Below, piece after piece: positions 40,469 to 50,047 of a stretch of DNA of 64,000 nucleotides. The notes under the pieces are model-generated. The model worked only from the letters and a program-made list of their open reading frames with translations, ran no database searches and was not told the origin of the DNA. Both the position numbers and the translations under genes were made by a program. Numbering within the stretch: position 1 is the stretch's first letter; the number at the start of each line of letters is the position of its first letter. Source of the DNA: Blautia sp. (GTDB taxonomy: Bacteria > Bacillota > Clostridia > Lachnospirales > Lachnospiraceae); NCBI GenBank assembly GCA_023664455.1, contig JAMPFM010000007.1, positions 13,955 to 77,954 on the forward strand, read 5' to 3'.

Positions 40469-40957
40469 ATGAAAGCAGCAAAAGGAACTGTTTTTAAATA
40501 TGGCGATAATGTGGATACGGATGTTATCATTCCGGCGCGTTATCTTAATTCTTCCGACCCGGCGGAGCTTGCTGCGCACTGTATGGAAGATATTGACAAA
40601 GAATTTATCAAAAAGGTGCAAAAGGGCGATATTATGGTGGCAACTAAAAATTTCGGCTGTGGTTCTTCCAGGGAACATGCGCCAATCGCCATCAAGGCGG
40701 CAGGAGTAAGCTGTGTCATTGCAGAAACCTTTGCAAGAATTTTTTACCGCAATGCTATCAATATCGGTCTTCCGATTATCGAATGCCCGGAAGCGGCAGA
40801 GGCTATCGAGGCCGGCGATACCGTGGAAGTAAACTTTGATACGGGCGTTATTACAGATGTGACCAAAGGCACTACCTATCAGGGGCAGGCGTTCCCGGAA
40901 TTTATGCAGAAGATTATCGCTGCAGAGGGTCTTGTTAACTATATCAACCAGAAATAA
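40469..40957 (+). CDS. leuD: 3-isopropylmalate dehydratase small subunit
   Basis: [36 protein letters not shown]. Confidence 0.93.
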   Translation: MKAAKGTVFKYGDNVDTDVIIPARYLNSSDPAELAAHCMEDIDKEFIKKVQKGDIMVATKNFGCGSSREHAPIAIKAAGVSCVIAETFARIFYRNAINIGLPIIECPEAAEAIEAGDTVEVNFDTGVITDVTKGTTYQGQAFPEFMQKIIAAEGLVNYINQK

Positions 40958-40989
40958 GAAATTGAGCTTTACTTGATTATGATAGGAAA

Positions 40990-41787
40990 GTGATGACTAA
41001 TATGGTCAATAAAATTGATGGAAACAATTATTACCGTTACACGCAATCAAAGAATGTCGATGCTTCGGATTCCGATGAGCAATTTAGTCTGCACTACGGT
41101 CAGGATAAGCTGTCCTCGGAGCCAAAAGACAAAAAAGAGAAGACAAATGAGCCAAAAAAACCCCAGACAGTCGAACAAAGCGGCGTTAAATTAGAGTTAT
41201 CGGACGCCGCCCAGACTGCCCGCATGGCGGCAGGAGCGCGGACGGATGCTGCGGGGAAACCCTCATCCGCCGCGAAATCGCCGTCTATCTTAGAATCCAT
41301 ACAGGATTTTCTGACGACAGCGCTTGCGGCTATCAAAGATTTTTTCTACAAATTGTGGAACGACGAGCCTTCTGAAGCGGCGGAAACCCTAGAAGCGGAA
41401 GAAAACCTGCAAGCGGAAAAGATTGACCGGATAGAAGAAGCCATACAGACAGACGAAACGAATCAGACCTCTGATATGGCTGCGTCTGCCTTTTCTGCAT
41501 CCGAAATTACCATGCCCAGAGATGCAGCAGAGTCTGTTCAGACCCCGGCAGCCGCGAAAGCTTCCTATTTACAAAGCGAAGAGCAGCTGCATCATGAAAT
41601 CCAGCCATATCTTCGCAAAGGAGACTTGTCGCAGGTTTTGAATTTATTGACGGATAATGGGAAAAAGACGATTGCCAAAAATTCGACGCTTCTGACCTAT
41701 TATGACAGAAATGGAAGAATGGTGGAACCGAACGCTTCCGACAGGGAAAGAATCCTGCACGGCGATAGGAATACAAGGAAATTATAA
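40990..41787 (+). CDS. Hypothetical protein
   Basis: 265-aa ORF with SD-like aggaaag; low-complexity middle; no recognised domain. Confidence 0.65.
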   Translation: MMTNMVNKIDGNNYYRYTQSKNVDASDSDEQFSLHYGQDKLSSEPKDKKEKTNEPKKPQTVEQSGVKLELSDAAQTARMAAGARTDAAGKPSSAAKSPSILESIQDFLTTALAAIKDFFYKLWNDEPSEAAETLEAEENLQAEKIDRIEEAIQTDETNQTSDMAASAFSASEITMPRDAAESVQTPAAAKASYLQSEEQLHHEIQPYLRKGDLSQVLNLLTDNGKKTIAKNSTLLTYYDRNGRMVEPNASDRERILHGDRNTRKL

Positions 41788-41819
41788 ACCAATCTGCGTA
41801 ATTTGTGAAAAGTTTAATA

Positions 41820-43022
41820 TTACGCCTTATCGTAGGGGGATACTACGCGGTTTTTACCGTTTTGCTTTCCATAGTAGAGTCTTTCGTCCGCATGGGTAAT
41901 CGTAGCTTCCGCAGTCCTGTCTTTTTTATGGGTGGCAATGCCCAGCGTAAGCGTACAGTGAATAGATTGTCCCTGCCAGGTAAAAACATGTTTTTCCACA
42001 TTGCTGCGGATAGTTTCTGCAATTTTACATGTCATATCCAGATTTTCAATACATAAAAGCAGAATTTCTTCGCCGCCCCAGCGGCATACCTGACCATGTT
42101 CTTTGACTGCCTGCTGTATAATATTGGCGATATCTTTGATGACCACGTCCCCGAAATCATGTCCATATGTATCGTTTACCCGTTTAAAATTATCAATATC
42201 ACACATAACCAGACAAAACGGCTCTTCCGCCATTACGGCATGATCCAGGAAAACTTGCATACTGCGTCTGTTATATAATCCGGTCATGGGGTCTGTGCTT
42301 GCCATATTATCTAAGATGGCGTTCTGGCTGTGCAGTTTATTGGTGGCAATCTGCATATCAATTACAAAAATCAGCGTCACCATCAATAAGAATCCAAAAT
42401 TACAGATAGAATTGAAAATATAAATCCCAAGTTCTACGATTGGCGGCGTCTGCAAGTCATAAATCGAACCTGCAAATAAAGAAATCATCCTACAGCCGAC
42501 AAAGGAAAAGAAGGCGATAAAACCAAGCATGGTCGCCCTGAAATATCTTTTATTATCTTCCATCAATGTTACACTCATATAATAACCGAAGGGTACGAGT
42601 CCGAGAATGTATTGCGGAAATCCGAAACGCCATCCGATACAGATAGTTGCTACAAAAGAATGTACAATAATTTCCACATAGACTGCGTAAAAGGTCTTAA
42701 TAAAATTCTTTTCATAACCATATTTAATGACGTCAATACATTTGAGATAAAGAAGGACGCTGCCCACATTAAAAATAACAAGCGGCCATATGCGCAGGAT
42801 ACTGAATAATACAAGCAGGACGGCATGTACGGCAACAATCGCATATAGTACGACCATATATTTAAATTTGAATCGTTCTGATAAAATATAACGGCTAAAA
42901 AGCTCCTTTATCTTTGAAAATGCTTTCATTTCTTGTTCCCATATCTTTCTCTTAGTCTTGTATTTTTCTCTTAATTTATGAACTGACACCATAAGGCGCA
43001 GATCCCTTTTCTGGGAATCCAT
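41820..43022 (-). CDS. Membrane-bound diguanylate cyclase (GGDEF)
   Basis: About 6 TMs, TDPMTGLYNRR, DIDNFKRVNDTYGHDFGD, RWGGEEI, LYYGKQNGKNRV. Start may lie further downstream. Confidence 0.9.
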   Translation of the reverse strand: MDSQKRDLRLMVSVHKLREKYKTKRKIWEQEMKAFSKIKELFSRYILSERFKFKYMVVLYAIVAVHAVLLVLFSILRIWPLVIFNVGSVLLYLKCIDVIKYGYEKNFIKTFYAVYVEIIVHSFVATICIGWRFGFPQYILGLVPFGYYMSVTLMEDNKRYFRATMLGFIAFFSFVGCRMISLFAGSIYDLQTPPIVELGIYIFNSICNFGFLLMVTLIFVIDMQIATNKLHSQNAILDNMASTDPMTGLYNRRSMQVFLDHAVMAEEPFCLVMCDIDNFKRVNDTYGHDFGDVVIKDIANIIQQAVKEHGQVCRWGGEEILLLCIENLDMTCKIAETIRSNVEKHVFTWQGQSIHCTLTLGIATHKKDRTAEATITHADERLYYGKQNGKNRVVSPYDKA

Positions 43023-43073
43023 TAAGATTATATAGCAAAATATCTCTAAAGTAAATCGAAATTATAGAATCCC

Positions 43074-43102
43074 TTGTCTATCCCCAGACATTCGATTATA
43101 AT
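43074..43102 (+). promoter_or_regulatory. Putative sigma-A promoter
   Basis: TTGTCT-17 bp-TATAAT. Confidence 0.6.
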
Positions 43103-43159
43103 AATACCCGGAAGCTTTAAAGCGGTTAGAAAGAGATTTTCTGGAAATGAAAACCTATC

Positions 43160-43927
43160 ATGACGGCGGAAAGGGACATCGGATACGAAATGGATAAAGA
43201 AGCGTTTGAACAGGCAAAGCTGAAAGTATTATTAAAACAGCACGATCCGCACGGCTTTGGCACATTACAGGAAAAAACTGTGCACGCAGTCATGAAACTC
43301 TATTATGAACCCAACATGGATTATCATGAAGTCCCGATAGAAGGATACATCGCCGATATTTATACAGGCAGCCGCATCATCGAAATTCAGAACGGAAATT
43401 TTAACCGCCTGCGGGATAAATTGGGTGCTTTTCTTCCTCTGTATCCGGTTTTAGTGGTTTTGCCGATTCCCCATTATAAATGGGTGGTCTATCTGGATGA
43501 AAAAAGCGGGGAGCTTTCCGGCAGACGGAAATCCCCGGTGACGGGAAGCATCTATAGCGCCTTTGCGGAGCTTTATAAAATCAAGGATTATCTGATGCAC
43601 CCAAATCTTTCTTTTGCGTTCCCTCTCATCGATATGGACGAATATCGTCTGTTAAAGAGTGCAGGAAAAGGCAGGCGCAAGAGAAGCAGCCGCTACGACA
43701 GAATGCCTCTTTCTTTATACGATGAAATCTTAATAGAACGGTATGAAGATTTCGTGCAGGTCATTCCCTATGAACTGGAAGAGCCTTTTACTGTCAAGGA
43801 ATTTGCAGCCGCTGCCCATATCCAGAAAGACCTTGCGCAGGTAACGCTTTATATCCTTTATCATATGCGGCTGGTGGAGCGCCCTGGAAAGCGGGGAAGG
43901 GAATATTTATACAGCGTTCCAGGATAA
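43160..43927 (+). CDS. Hypothetical protein, PD-(D/E)xK-like nuclease fold plus C-terminal wHTH (tentative)
   Basis: EKTVH..., E...GYIADI...IIEIQ; C-terminus FTVKEFAAAA...AQVTLYILYHMRLVER.GK.GR.YLY. Confidence 0.55.
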   Translation: MTAERDIGYEMDKEAFEQAKLKVLLKQHDPHGFGTLQEKTVHAVMKLYYEPNMDYHEVPIEGYIADIYTGSRIIEIQNGNFNRLRDKLGAFLPLYPVLVVLPIPHYKWVVYLDEKSGELSGRRKSPVTGSIYSAFAELYKIKDYLMHPNLSFAFPLIDMDEYRLLKSAGKGRRKRSSRYDRMPLSLYDEILIERYEDFVQVIPYELEEPFTVKEFAAAAHIQKDLAQVTLYILYHMRLVERPGKRGREYLYSVPG

Positions 43928-43933
43928 TCACCT

Positions 43934-43961
43934 TTGCAATTTTTCAGATTTATGTTAAAAT
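43934..43961 (+). promoter_or_regulatory. Putative sigma-A promoter for the topoisomerase pair
   Basis: TTGCAA-16 bp-TAAAAT with extended TG. Confidence 0.5.
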
Positions 43962-44018
43962 ATTCACAAATGTCTGTTTTTTTCACAGATAGAAACGCCG
44001 AGATTTAATAAGGAAGGC

Positions 44019-45950
44019 ATGGGACACATGGCAAAAGAAAATAAATACGATGCCTCTAGTATTACCGTATTGGAAGGTTTAGAGGCGGTCAGGGTCAGAC
44101 CGGGGATGTATATTGGCAGCGTTTCCACCAAAGGTCTGAATCATTTAATCTATGAAATTGTCGATAACGCAGTAGACGAGCATCTGGCGGGATACTGCAA
44201 TACAATATCCGTTACGTTGGAAGCGGACGGTTCCGCCACCATCGAAGATAATGGACGCGGCATTCCCGTAGGGATGCATGAGAAGGGAATCAGCGCGGAG
44301 CGTCTGGTTTTTACAACCCTTCATGCCGGCGGTAAATTCGATAACGAAGCTTATAAAACAAGCGGCGGTCTGCACGGCGTAGGTTCATCCGTCGTGAACG
44401 CGCTTTCCGAATGGCTGCATGTACAGGTCAAAACGGAAGGCTATATCTATGAAGATAAATATGAGCGCGGTATCCCCGTTCTGGAATTGAAAAACGGACT
44501 TTTACCTGTTATCGGAAAGACCAAAGAGACCGGTACGAAGATTACCTTTTTGCCGGATGATACGATTTTTGATAAAACCAGATTCAAAGAAGACGATGTG
44601 AAAAGTCGTCTGCACGAAACCGCCTATCTGAATCCGAATCTGACGATTGTATTCGAGGATAAAAGAGGCGAGGAAACAGAACATATCGAATACCATGAAC
44701 CGGAAGGTATCGTAGGCTTTATCAAGGACATGAATAAGTCCAAAGAGGCCATCCATGATGTGATTTACTTTCAGGGAGAGTCTGAGGGCATTGCCGTCGA
44801 AGTCGCCTTACAGTATGTCAATGAATTTCACGAAAATGTGTTGGGATTCTGTAACAATATCTACAATGCAGAAGGCGGTACGCATCTGACCGGCTTTAAG
44901 ACGATGTTTACCAATGTCATCAATACCTATGCGCGGGGCTTAAATATCTTAAAGGAAAAGGATATCAACTTCACGGGCGCAGATGTGCGAAACGGCATGA
45001 CCGCAGTCATATCCATCAAGCATCCAGACCCCAGGTTTGAAGGACAGACCAAAACGAAGCTGGATAATCAGGACGCCTCGAAAGTAGTCGCCAAAGTGAC
45101 CGGGGATGAGATTGTCCGGTATTTTGATAGAAATCTTGACACCCTCAAAAGCATCATCGGCTGCGCGGAAAAAGCGGCAAAAATAAGAAAAGCGGAAGAG
45201 AAGGCAAAAACGAATATGCTGACCAAGCAGAAGTTTTCCTTTGATTCCAATGGGAAACTGGCAAACTGCGAGTCGAAAGACGCTTCTAAATGCGAGATTT
45301 TCATCGTGGAAGGGGATTCTGCGGGCGGCAGCGCCAAAACAGCCAGAAACCGGATGTTTCAGGCAATCCTGCCCATCCGCGGTAAGATTCTGAATGTGGA
45401 AAAAGCAAGCATTGACAAGATTCTCGCCAACGCGGAAATCAAAACCATGATTAACGCTTTTGGCTGCGGTTTTTCGGAAGGCTACGGCAACGATTTTGAT
45501 ATTTCCAAACTGCGCTATGATAAAATCATTATTATGGCGGATGCGGACGTGGACGGCGCGCATATATCCACTTTGCTTCTGACGCTGTTTTACCGGTTTA
45601 TGCCGGAGCTGATTTATGAAGGACATGTTTATATCGCCATGCCGCCCCTCTATAAAGCGATGCCTGCTAAGGGAAAAGAAGAATATCTTTATGACGATAA
45701 AGCGTTAGAAAAATATCGTAAGAGACACAAAGGACCATTTACCTTACAGCGGTATAAAGGTCTGGGCGAAATGGATGCACAGCAGCTTTGGGAAACGACC
45801 CTCAACCCGGAAAGCAGACTGTTGAAGCTGGTGGAAATCGAAGATGCGAGAATGGCTTCCGAAGTGACGGAGATGCTGATGGGGACGGAGGTCCCGCCCC
45901 GGAAGGAATTTATTTACCACCATGCGAAAGAAGCGGAACTGGATATTTAA
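44019..45950 (+). CDS. Type IIA topoisomerase subunit B (GyrB/ParE family)
   Basis: EGLEAVR.RPGMYIG, DNGRGIP, GGLHGVGSSVVNALS, EGDSAGGSA, PIRGKILNV, IMADADVDG, QRYKGLGEM. Confidence 0.95.
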   Translation: MGHMAKENKYDASSITVLEGLEAVRVRPGMYIGSVSTKGLNHLIYEIVDNAVDEHLAGYCNTISVTLEADGSATIEDNGRGIPVGMHEKGISAERLVFTTLHAGGKFDNEAYKTSGGLHGVGSSVVNALSEWLHVQVKTEGYIYEDKYERGIPVLELKNGLLPVIGKTKETGTKITFLPDDTIFDKTRFKEDDVKSRLHETAYLNPNLTIVFEDKRGEETEHIEYHEPEGIVGFIKDMNKSKEAIHDVIYFQGESEGIAVEVALQYVNEFHENVLGFCNNIYNAEGGTHLTGFKTMFTNVINTYARGLNILKEKDINFTGADVRNGMTAVISIKHPDPRFEGQTKTKLDNQDASKVVAKVTGDEIVRYFDRNLDTLKSIIGCAEKAAKIRKAEEKAKTNMLTKQKFSFDSNGKLANCESKDASKCEIFIVEGDSAGGSAKTARNRMFQAILPIRGKILNVEKASIDKILANAEIKTMINAFGCGFSEGYGNDFDISKLRYDKIIIMADADVDGAHISTLLLTLFYRFMPELIYEGHVYIAMPPLYKAMPAKGKEEYLYDDKALEKYRKRHKGPFTLQRYKGLGEMDAQQLWETTLNPESRLLKLVEIEDARMASEVTEMLMGTEVPPRKEFIYHHAKEAELDI

Positions 45951-45986
45951 AATACGATGAAATAAAAGCAGAGGTATGATTAGTTT

Positions 45987-48224
45987 ATGAACGACAGAAT
46001 CATAAAAACCGAATATTCCGAAGTGATGCAGAAATCTTATATCGACTATGCGATGAGCGTCATTATCGCCAGAGCGCTTCCCGACGCCCGCGACGGATTA
46101 AAGCCCGTGCAGCGGCGGACGCTTTACGATATGTATGAGCTTGGAATCCGCTATGACAGACCTTACCGTAAATCTGCGCGTATCGTCGGGGATACGATGG
46201 GTAAATACCATCCCCACGGCGACAGCTCCATCTATGACGCGCTCGTCGTAATGACTCAGGATTTCAAAAAAGGGCTGCCCCTGATTGACGGGCACGGCAA
46301 TTTCGGCAATATCGAAGGCGACGGTGCAGCGGCAATGCGTTATACGGAGGCAAGGCTTGAGAAGATTACGCAGGAAGCTTTTCTGGCGGATTTGGATAAA
46401 GACGTCGTAGATTTTATGCCCAATTTTGATGAAACGGAAAAGGAACCCAGCGTTTTGCCGGTCAAGATACCGAATCTGCTCATCAACGGTTCGGAAGGAA
46501 TCGCCGTCGGCATGGCGACCAATATCCCCCCGCACAACTTAGGAGAAGTCATCAATGCAGTCAAAGCCTATATGCAGGATGAGAATATTACCACAAGAGA
46601 ATTGATGCGCTATGTGAAAGGTCCCGACTTCCCGACCGGCGGCATTGTCATCAATCAGGATGAGCTTCTGGATATTTACGAAACCGGAACGGGGAAAATC
46701 AAAATCCGCGGGAAGGTAGAGGTGGAAAAGGCGAAGGGCGGCAGGATAAACCTTGTCATTACAGAAATTCCCTATACCATGATTGGTTCCAACATCGGTA
46801 AATTCTTAATGGATGTGGCGGCGCTTGCAGAAACGAAGAAGACGCAGGATATCGTAGATATTACGAACCAGTCTTCCAAAGAAGGCATCCGCATTGTGAT
46901 TGAACTGCGTAGAGACGCCGATATCGAGAATTTTAAGAATATGCTCTATAAAAAGACGAGACTGGAAGATACTTTCGGCGTCAATATGCTCGCCATTGCA
47001 AACGGCAGACCGGAAACGATGGGTCTGAAACAGATTATCAAGGCAAATGTAGATTTCCAATATGAAGTCGCTACCCGGAAATATAAAAATCTTCTGGCAA
47101 AGGAGTTAGATAAAAAAGAAATCCAGGAGGGTCTGATTAAGGCTTGTAACGTCATCGACTTAATCATCGAGATTCTCAGGGGCTCTAAAGATAGGAATAT
47201 GGCAAAGGCATGTCTGGTGGACGGCATAACCGACGGCATTAAATTCAAATCCAAAGAATCCAAAATCATGGCGGCGCAGCTGATGTTTTCCGAGAAACAG
47301 GCAAACGCGATTCTGGAAATGCGTCTGTATAAGCTGATAGGACTGGAAATCGAAGCGTTAATCAACGACCATGAAGAAACGATGGCAAATATTTACCGCT
47401 ATGAAGATATTCTGGCAAGACGGGATTCTATGGCGCAGGTAATCATGAACGAGTTAGATGAGCTTAAAGACGCTTATGCGAGGAAGAGAAGAACCGAAAT
47501 TACGAATGCCGTCGAAGCGGTTTATGTCGAGAAAAAAGCGGAAGAAATGGATATCCTCTTCTTAATGGATAGATTCGGCTATGCCAGAACCATCGACTTA
47601 CCGACCTATGAACGGAATAAAGATACTGTGTTGACGGAAAACAAGTATGTTTTTCAATGCAAAAATACCGGAAAAGTCTGCCTGTTTACCAATACGGGAC
47701 AATTACATACGATCAAAGCCGCCGACCTTCCTTTCGGGAAACTGCGGGACAAAGGAATCCCTGTCGATAATATCAGCAATTACGATTCTACGAAGGAAAG
47801 CATCGTTTTTGCGGCAAGCCAGACGGATTTGAATTTATACCGGGTTATTTTTGCTACGAAACAGGCGATGTTAAAAGTCGTGGACGGCGGAGAATTCGAC
47901 GTTACCAAGAGAACCGTAGCGGCGACGAAACTTTTAGACGACGATGAGGTTCTAAGCGTCACCACTTACACGGAACAACACCATATCATTTTACAATCGA
48001 AGGACGGTTATTTCTTACGCTTTAACATCGAGGAAATCCCGGAAAAGAAAAAAGGCGCCATCGGCGTGCGGGGCATGAAGCTGGGAAAAGACGATTTCTT
48101 AGAAGCCGTCTATTATACGAAGGGCATCGACGATAAAAGCATTGAATACAAAGAAAAAAAGATAGAATTAAATAAACTGAAACTTGGCAGCAGAGACAGT
48201 AAGGGCGTTAAAGTGCGCGTTTAG
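45987..48224 (+). CDS. Type IIA topoisomerase subunit A (GyrA/ParC family, topo IV-like CTD)
   Basis: [35 protein letters not shown] catalytic Tyr, GPDFPTGG; 745 aa, no QRRGGKG GyrA-box seen. Confidence 0.93.
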   Translation: MNDRIIKTEYSEVMQKSYIDYAMSVIIARALPDARDGLKPVQRRTLYDMYELGIRYDRPYRKSARIVGDTMGKYHPHGDSSIYDALVVMTQDFKKGLPLIDGHGNFGNIEGDGAAAMRYTEARLEKITQEAFLADLDKDVVDFMPNFDETEKEPSVLPVKIPNLLINGSEGIAVGMATNIPPHNLGEVINAVKAYMQDENITTRELMRYVKGPDFPTGGIVINQDELLDIYETGTGKIKIRGKVEVEKAKGGRINLVITEIPYTMIGSNIGKFLMDVAALAETKKTQDIVDITNQSSKEGIRIVIELRRDADIENFKNMLYKKTRLEDTFGVNMLAIANGRPETMGLKQIIKANVDFQYEVATRKYKNLLAKELDKKEIQEGLIKACNVIDLIIEILRGSKDRNMAKACLVDGITDGIKFKSKESKIMAAQLMFSEKQANAILEMRLYKLIGLEIEALINDHEETMANIYRYEDILARRDSMAQVIMNELDELKDAYARKRRTEITNAVEAVYVEKKAEEMDILFLMDRFGYARTIDLPTYERNKDTVLTENKYVFQCKNTGKVCLFTNTGQLHTIKAADLPFGKLRDKGIPVDNISNYDSTKESIVFAASQTDLNLYRVIFATKQAMLKVVDGGEFDVTKRTVAATKLLDDDEVLSVTTYTEQHHIILQSKDGYFLRFNIEEIPEKKKGAIGVRGMKLGKDDFLEAVYYTKGIDDKSIEYKEKKIELNKLKLGSRDSKGVKVRV

Positions 48225-48295
48225 TTTTCTGACAGAGGTGTCAGAAATACCTGCCTTTTGCTGAAATTGTCAGGAATTTTGACAAGGAGAACAAT

Positions 48296-48862
48296 ATGCG
48301 CGTCATAGCAGGCAAAGCCAGAAGTTTACATTTAAAAACCCCCACAGGGGAACATACGAGACCTACCACCGACCGTATCAAGGAAACGCTGTTTAATATG
48401 TTACAGCCCTATCTGCCAGACTGTATTTTTCTGGATTTATTCAGCGGCAGCGGCGGCATCGGCATCGAAGCGTTAAGCAGGGGGGCAAGACATGCCTACT
48501 TTGTGGAAAATCAGAAAGACGCCATAGCCTGTATCCAGCAGAATCTTCAATTCACAAGGCTAAACGAAGATGCGACTATCTTAAAACAGGATGTTCTCAG
48601 CGCACTTTCCTGTATTCATGAAAAAGAAGCGGATATTATTTTCATGGATCCGCCTTATGAACAAGGGTTTGAGAAACAGGCGCTGGCGCTTTTAGGCGGG
48701 CTGCCCTATGTGACGCCAGATACGGTTATCATAGTGGAAGCGTTACGCCAGAGTGACTTTTCTTATGTAGAACCGCTCGGTTTTTCTGTGACAAAAGAAA
48801 AAGTCTATAAGACAAATAAGCATGTATTTTTAAAAAAACAGGAAAAATTTGAAAATTTTTAA
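48296..48862 (+). CDS. rsmD: 16S rRNA m2G966 methyltransferase
   Basis: MRVIAGK, TRPTTDRIKETLFN, LDLFSGSG.IGIEALSRGA, DPPY. Confidence 0.94.
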   Translation: MRVIAGKARSLHLKTPTGEHTRPTTDRIKETLFNMLQPYLPDCIFLDLFSGSGGIGIEALSRGARHAYFVENQKDAIACIQQNLQFTRLNEDATILKQDVLSALSCIHEKEADIIFMDPPYEQGFEKQALALLGGLPYVTPDTVIIVEALRQSDFSYVEPLGFSVTKEKVYKTNKHVFLKKQEKFENF

Positions 48863-48923
48863 AGACATTTTATCAAAATTGATTTATGATAACAAAGAAA
48901 GAATATTTTAGAGGGACAAGCTT

Positions 48924-49412
48924 ATGAAAGCAGCCATTTATCCGGGTAGTTTTGATCCAGTAACCTTCGGACATTTAGACATCGTCAAACGGGCTTCGGA
49001 AATTTTTGATGAATTAACGGTAAGCGTGTTAAATAATAGCGCAAAGACTCCATTGTTTTCTGTGGAAGAACGTGTTAGAATATTAGAAGATGCAACAAAA
49101 GACCTTCCGAATGTCAAAATAGATTCTTTCAGCGGTCTTTTGATTGATTATGCAAGGCGCAAGGGCGTCCATGTGGCGATTCGGGGGCTCCGTGCAATCA
49201 CCGATTTTGAATATGAATTGCAGATAGCCCAGACCAATAAGAAACTATCGAATGGCGAGCTGGACACCGTATTTTTAACGACAAGTCTGGAATATGCCTA
49301 TTTGAGTTCTTCCAGTGTGAAAGAAATTGCCAGTTTCAACGGGGATATTTCCCAATGCGTTCCCGATTTTGTAGGGAAATTGGTCTATGAAAAATATGGT
49401 CATATAAGATAG
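48924..49412 (+). CDS. coaD: Phosphopantetheine adenylyltransferase
   Basis: [38 protein letters not shown]. Confidence 0.96.
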   Translation: MKAAIYPGSFDPVTFGHLDIVKRASEIFDELTVSVLNNSAKTPLFSVEERVRILEDATKDLPNVKIDSFSGLLIDYARRKGVHVAIRGLRAITDFEYELQIAQTNKKLSNGELDTVFLTTSLEYAYLSSSSVKEIASFNGDISQCVPDFVGKLVYEKYGHIR

Positions 49413-49420
49413 GAGTAGAG

Positions 49421-50032
49421 ATGAGCAGCAGAATCGAACAACTAATCGATGAGATTGAAGATTATATCGACGGATGTAAATATCAGCCTCTTTCTAAGAC
49501 AAACATTATCGTAAATAAGGAAGAAATCGACGAACTTCTGCGGGAACTCCGCATGAAAACGCCCGATGAAATCAAACGCTATCAGAAGATTATCACCAAT
49601 AAAGAAGCGATTTTAAACGATGCGCGTTCTAAGGCGGAAGCTTTAATCAATGAAGCGACCATACATACCAACGAATTAATCAATGAGCACGAGATTATGC
49701 AGCAGGCATATGCCCAGGCAAATGAGGTGGTTACGCTTGCGACGCATCAGGCGCAGGAAATCCTCGATAATGCCACAATAGAAGCGAACGGCGTCAGAGG
49801 TGCGGCAATGCAGTATTTGGACGAAATGCTGGCCAATCTGGACGAAATGATGACGACCACGTTAAATGCCGCCGCGACGCATTATGAAAACTTTTATAAT
49901 ACCATCAGCGGCTATCATGAAGTCGTCAAGGCAAACCGTGCCGAACTGAAACCGCGGGAAGTAGAGGAGTTATTAAAAGAAGTGGACTATGACGACCGCG
50001 CCGAGGAATCCCTCAACTTAGATTTATTATAA
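49421..50032 (+). CDS. Conserved coiled-coil protein downstream of coaD (ATPase-subunit/DivIVA-like)
   Basis: IEQLIDEIEDYID..K..PLS..., heptad-rich A..EA..II. Position after coaD is typical of clostridia (recalled). Confidence 0.7.
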   Translation: MSSRIEQLIDEIEDYIDGCKYQPLSKTNIIVNKEEIDELLRELRMKTPDEIKRYQKIITNKEAILNDARSKAEALINEATIHTNELINEHEIMQQAYAQANEVVTLATHQAQEILDNATIEANGVRGAAMQYLDEMLANLDEMMTTTLNAAATHYENFYNTISGYHEVVKANRAELKPREVEELLKEVDYDDRAEESLNLDLL

Positions 50033-50047
50033 GGAAAGCTGCCCGAT

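Noticed and set aside
44280-44287. GAGAAGGG (B. subtilis SpoIIIE recognition octamer) on +, also near 55273
   Set aside because: I could not count occurrences on both strands reliably, and two hits are compatible with chance.
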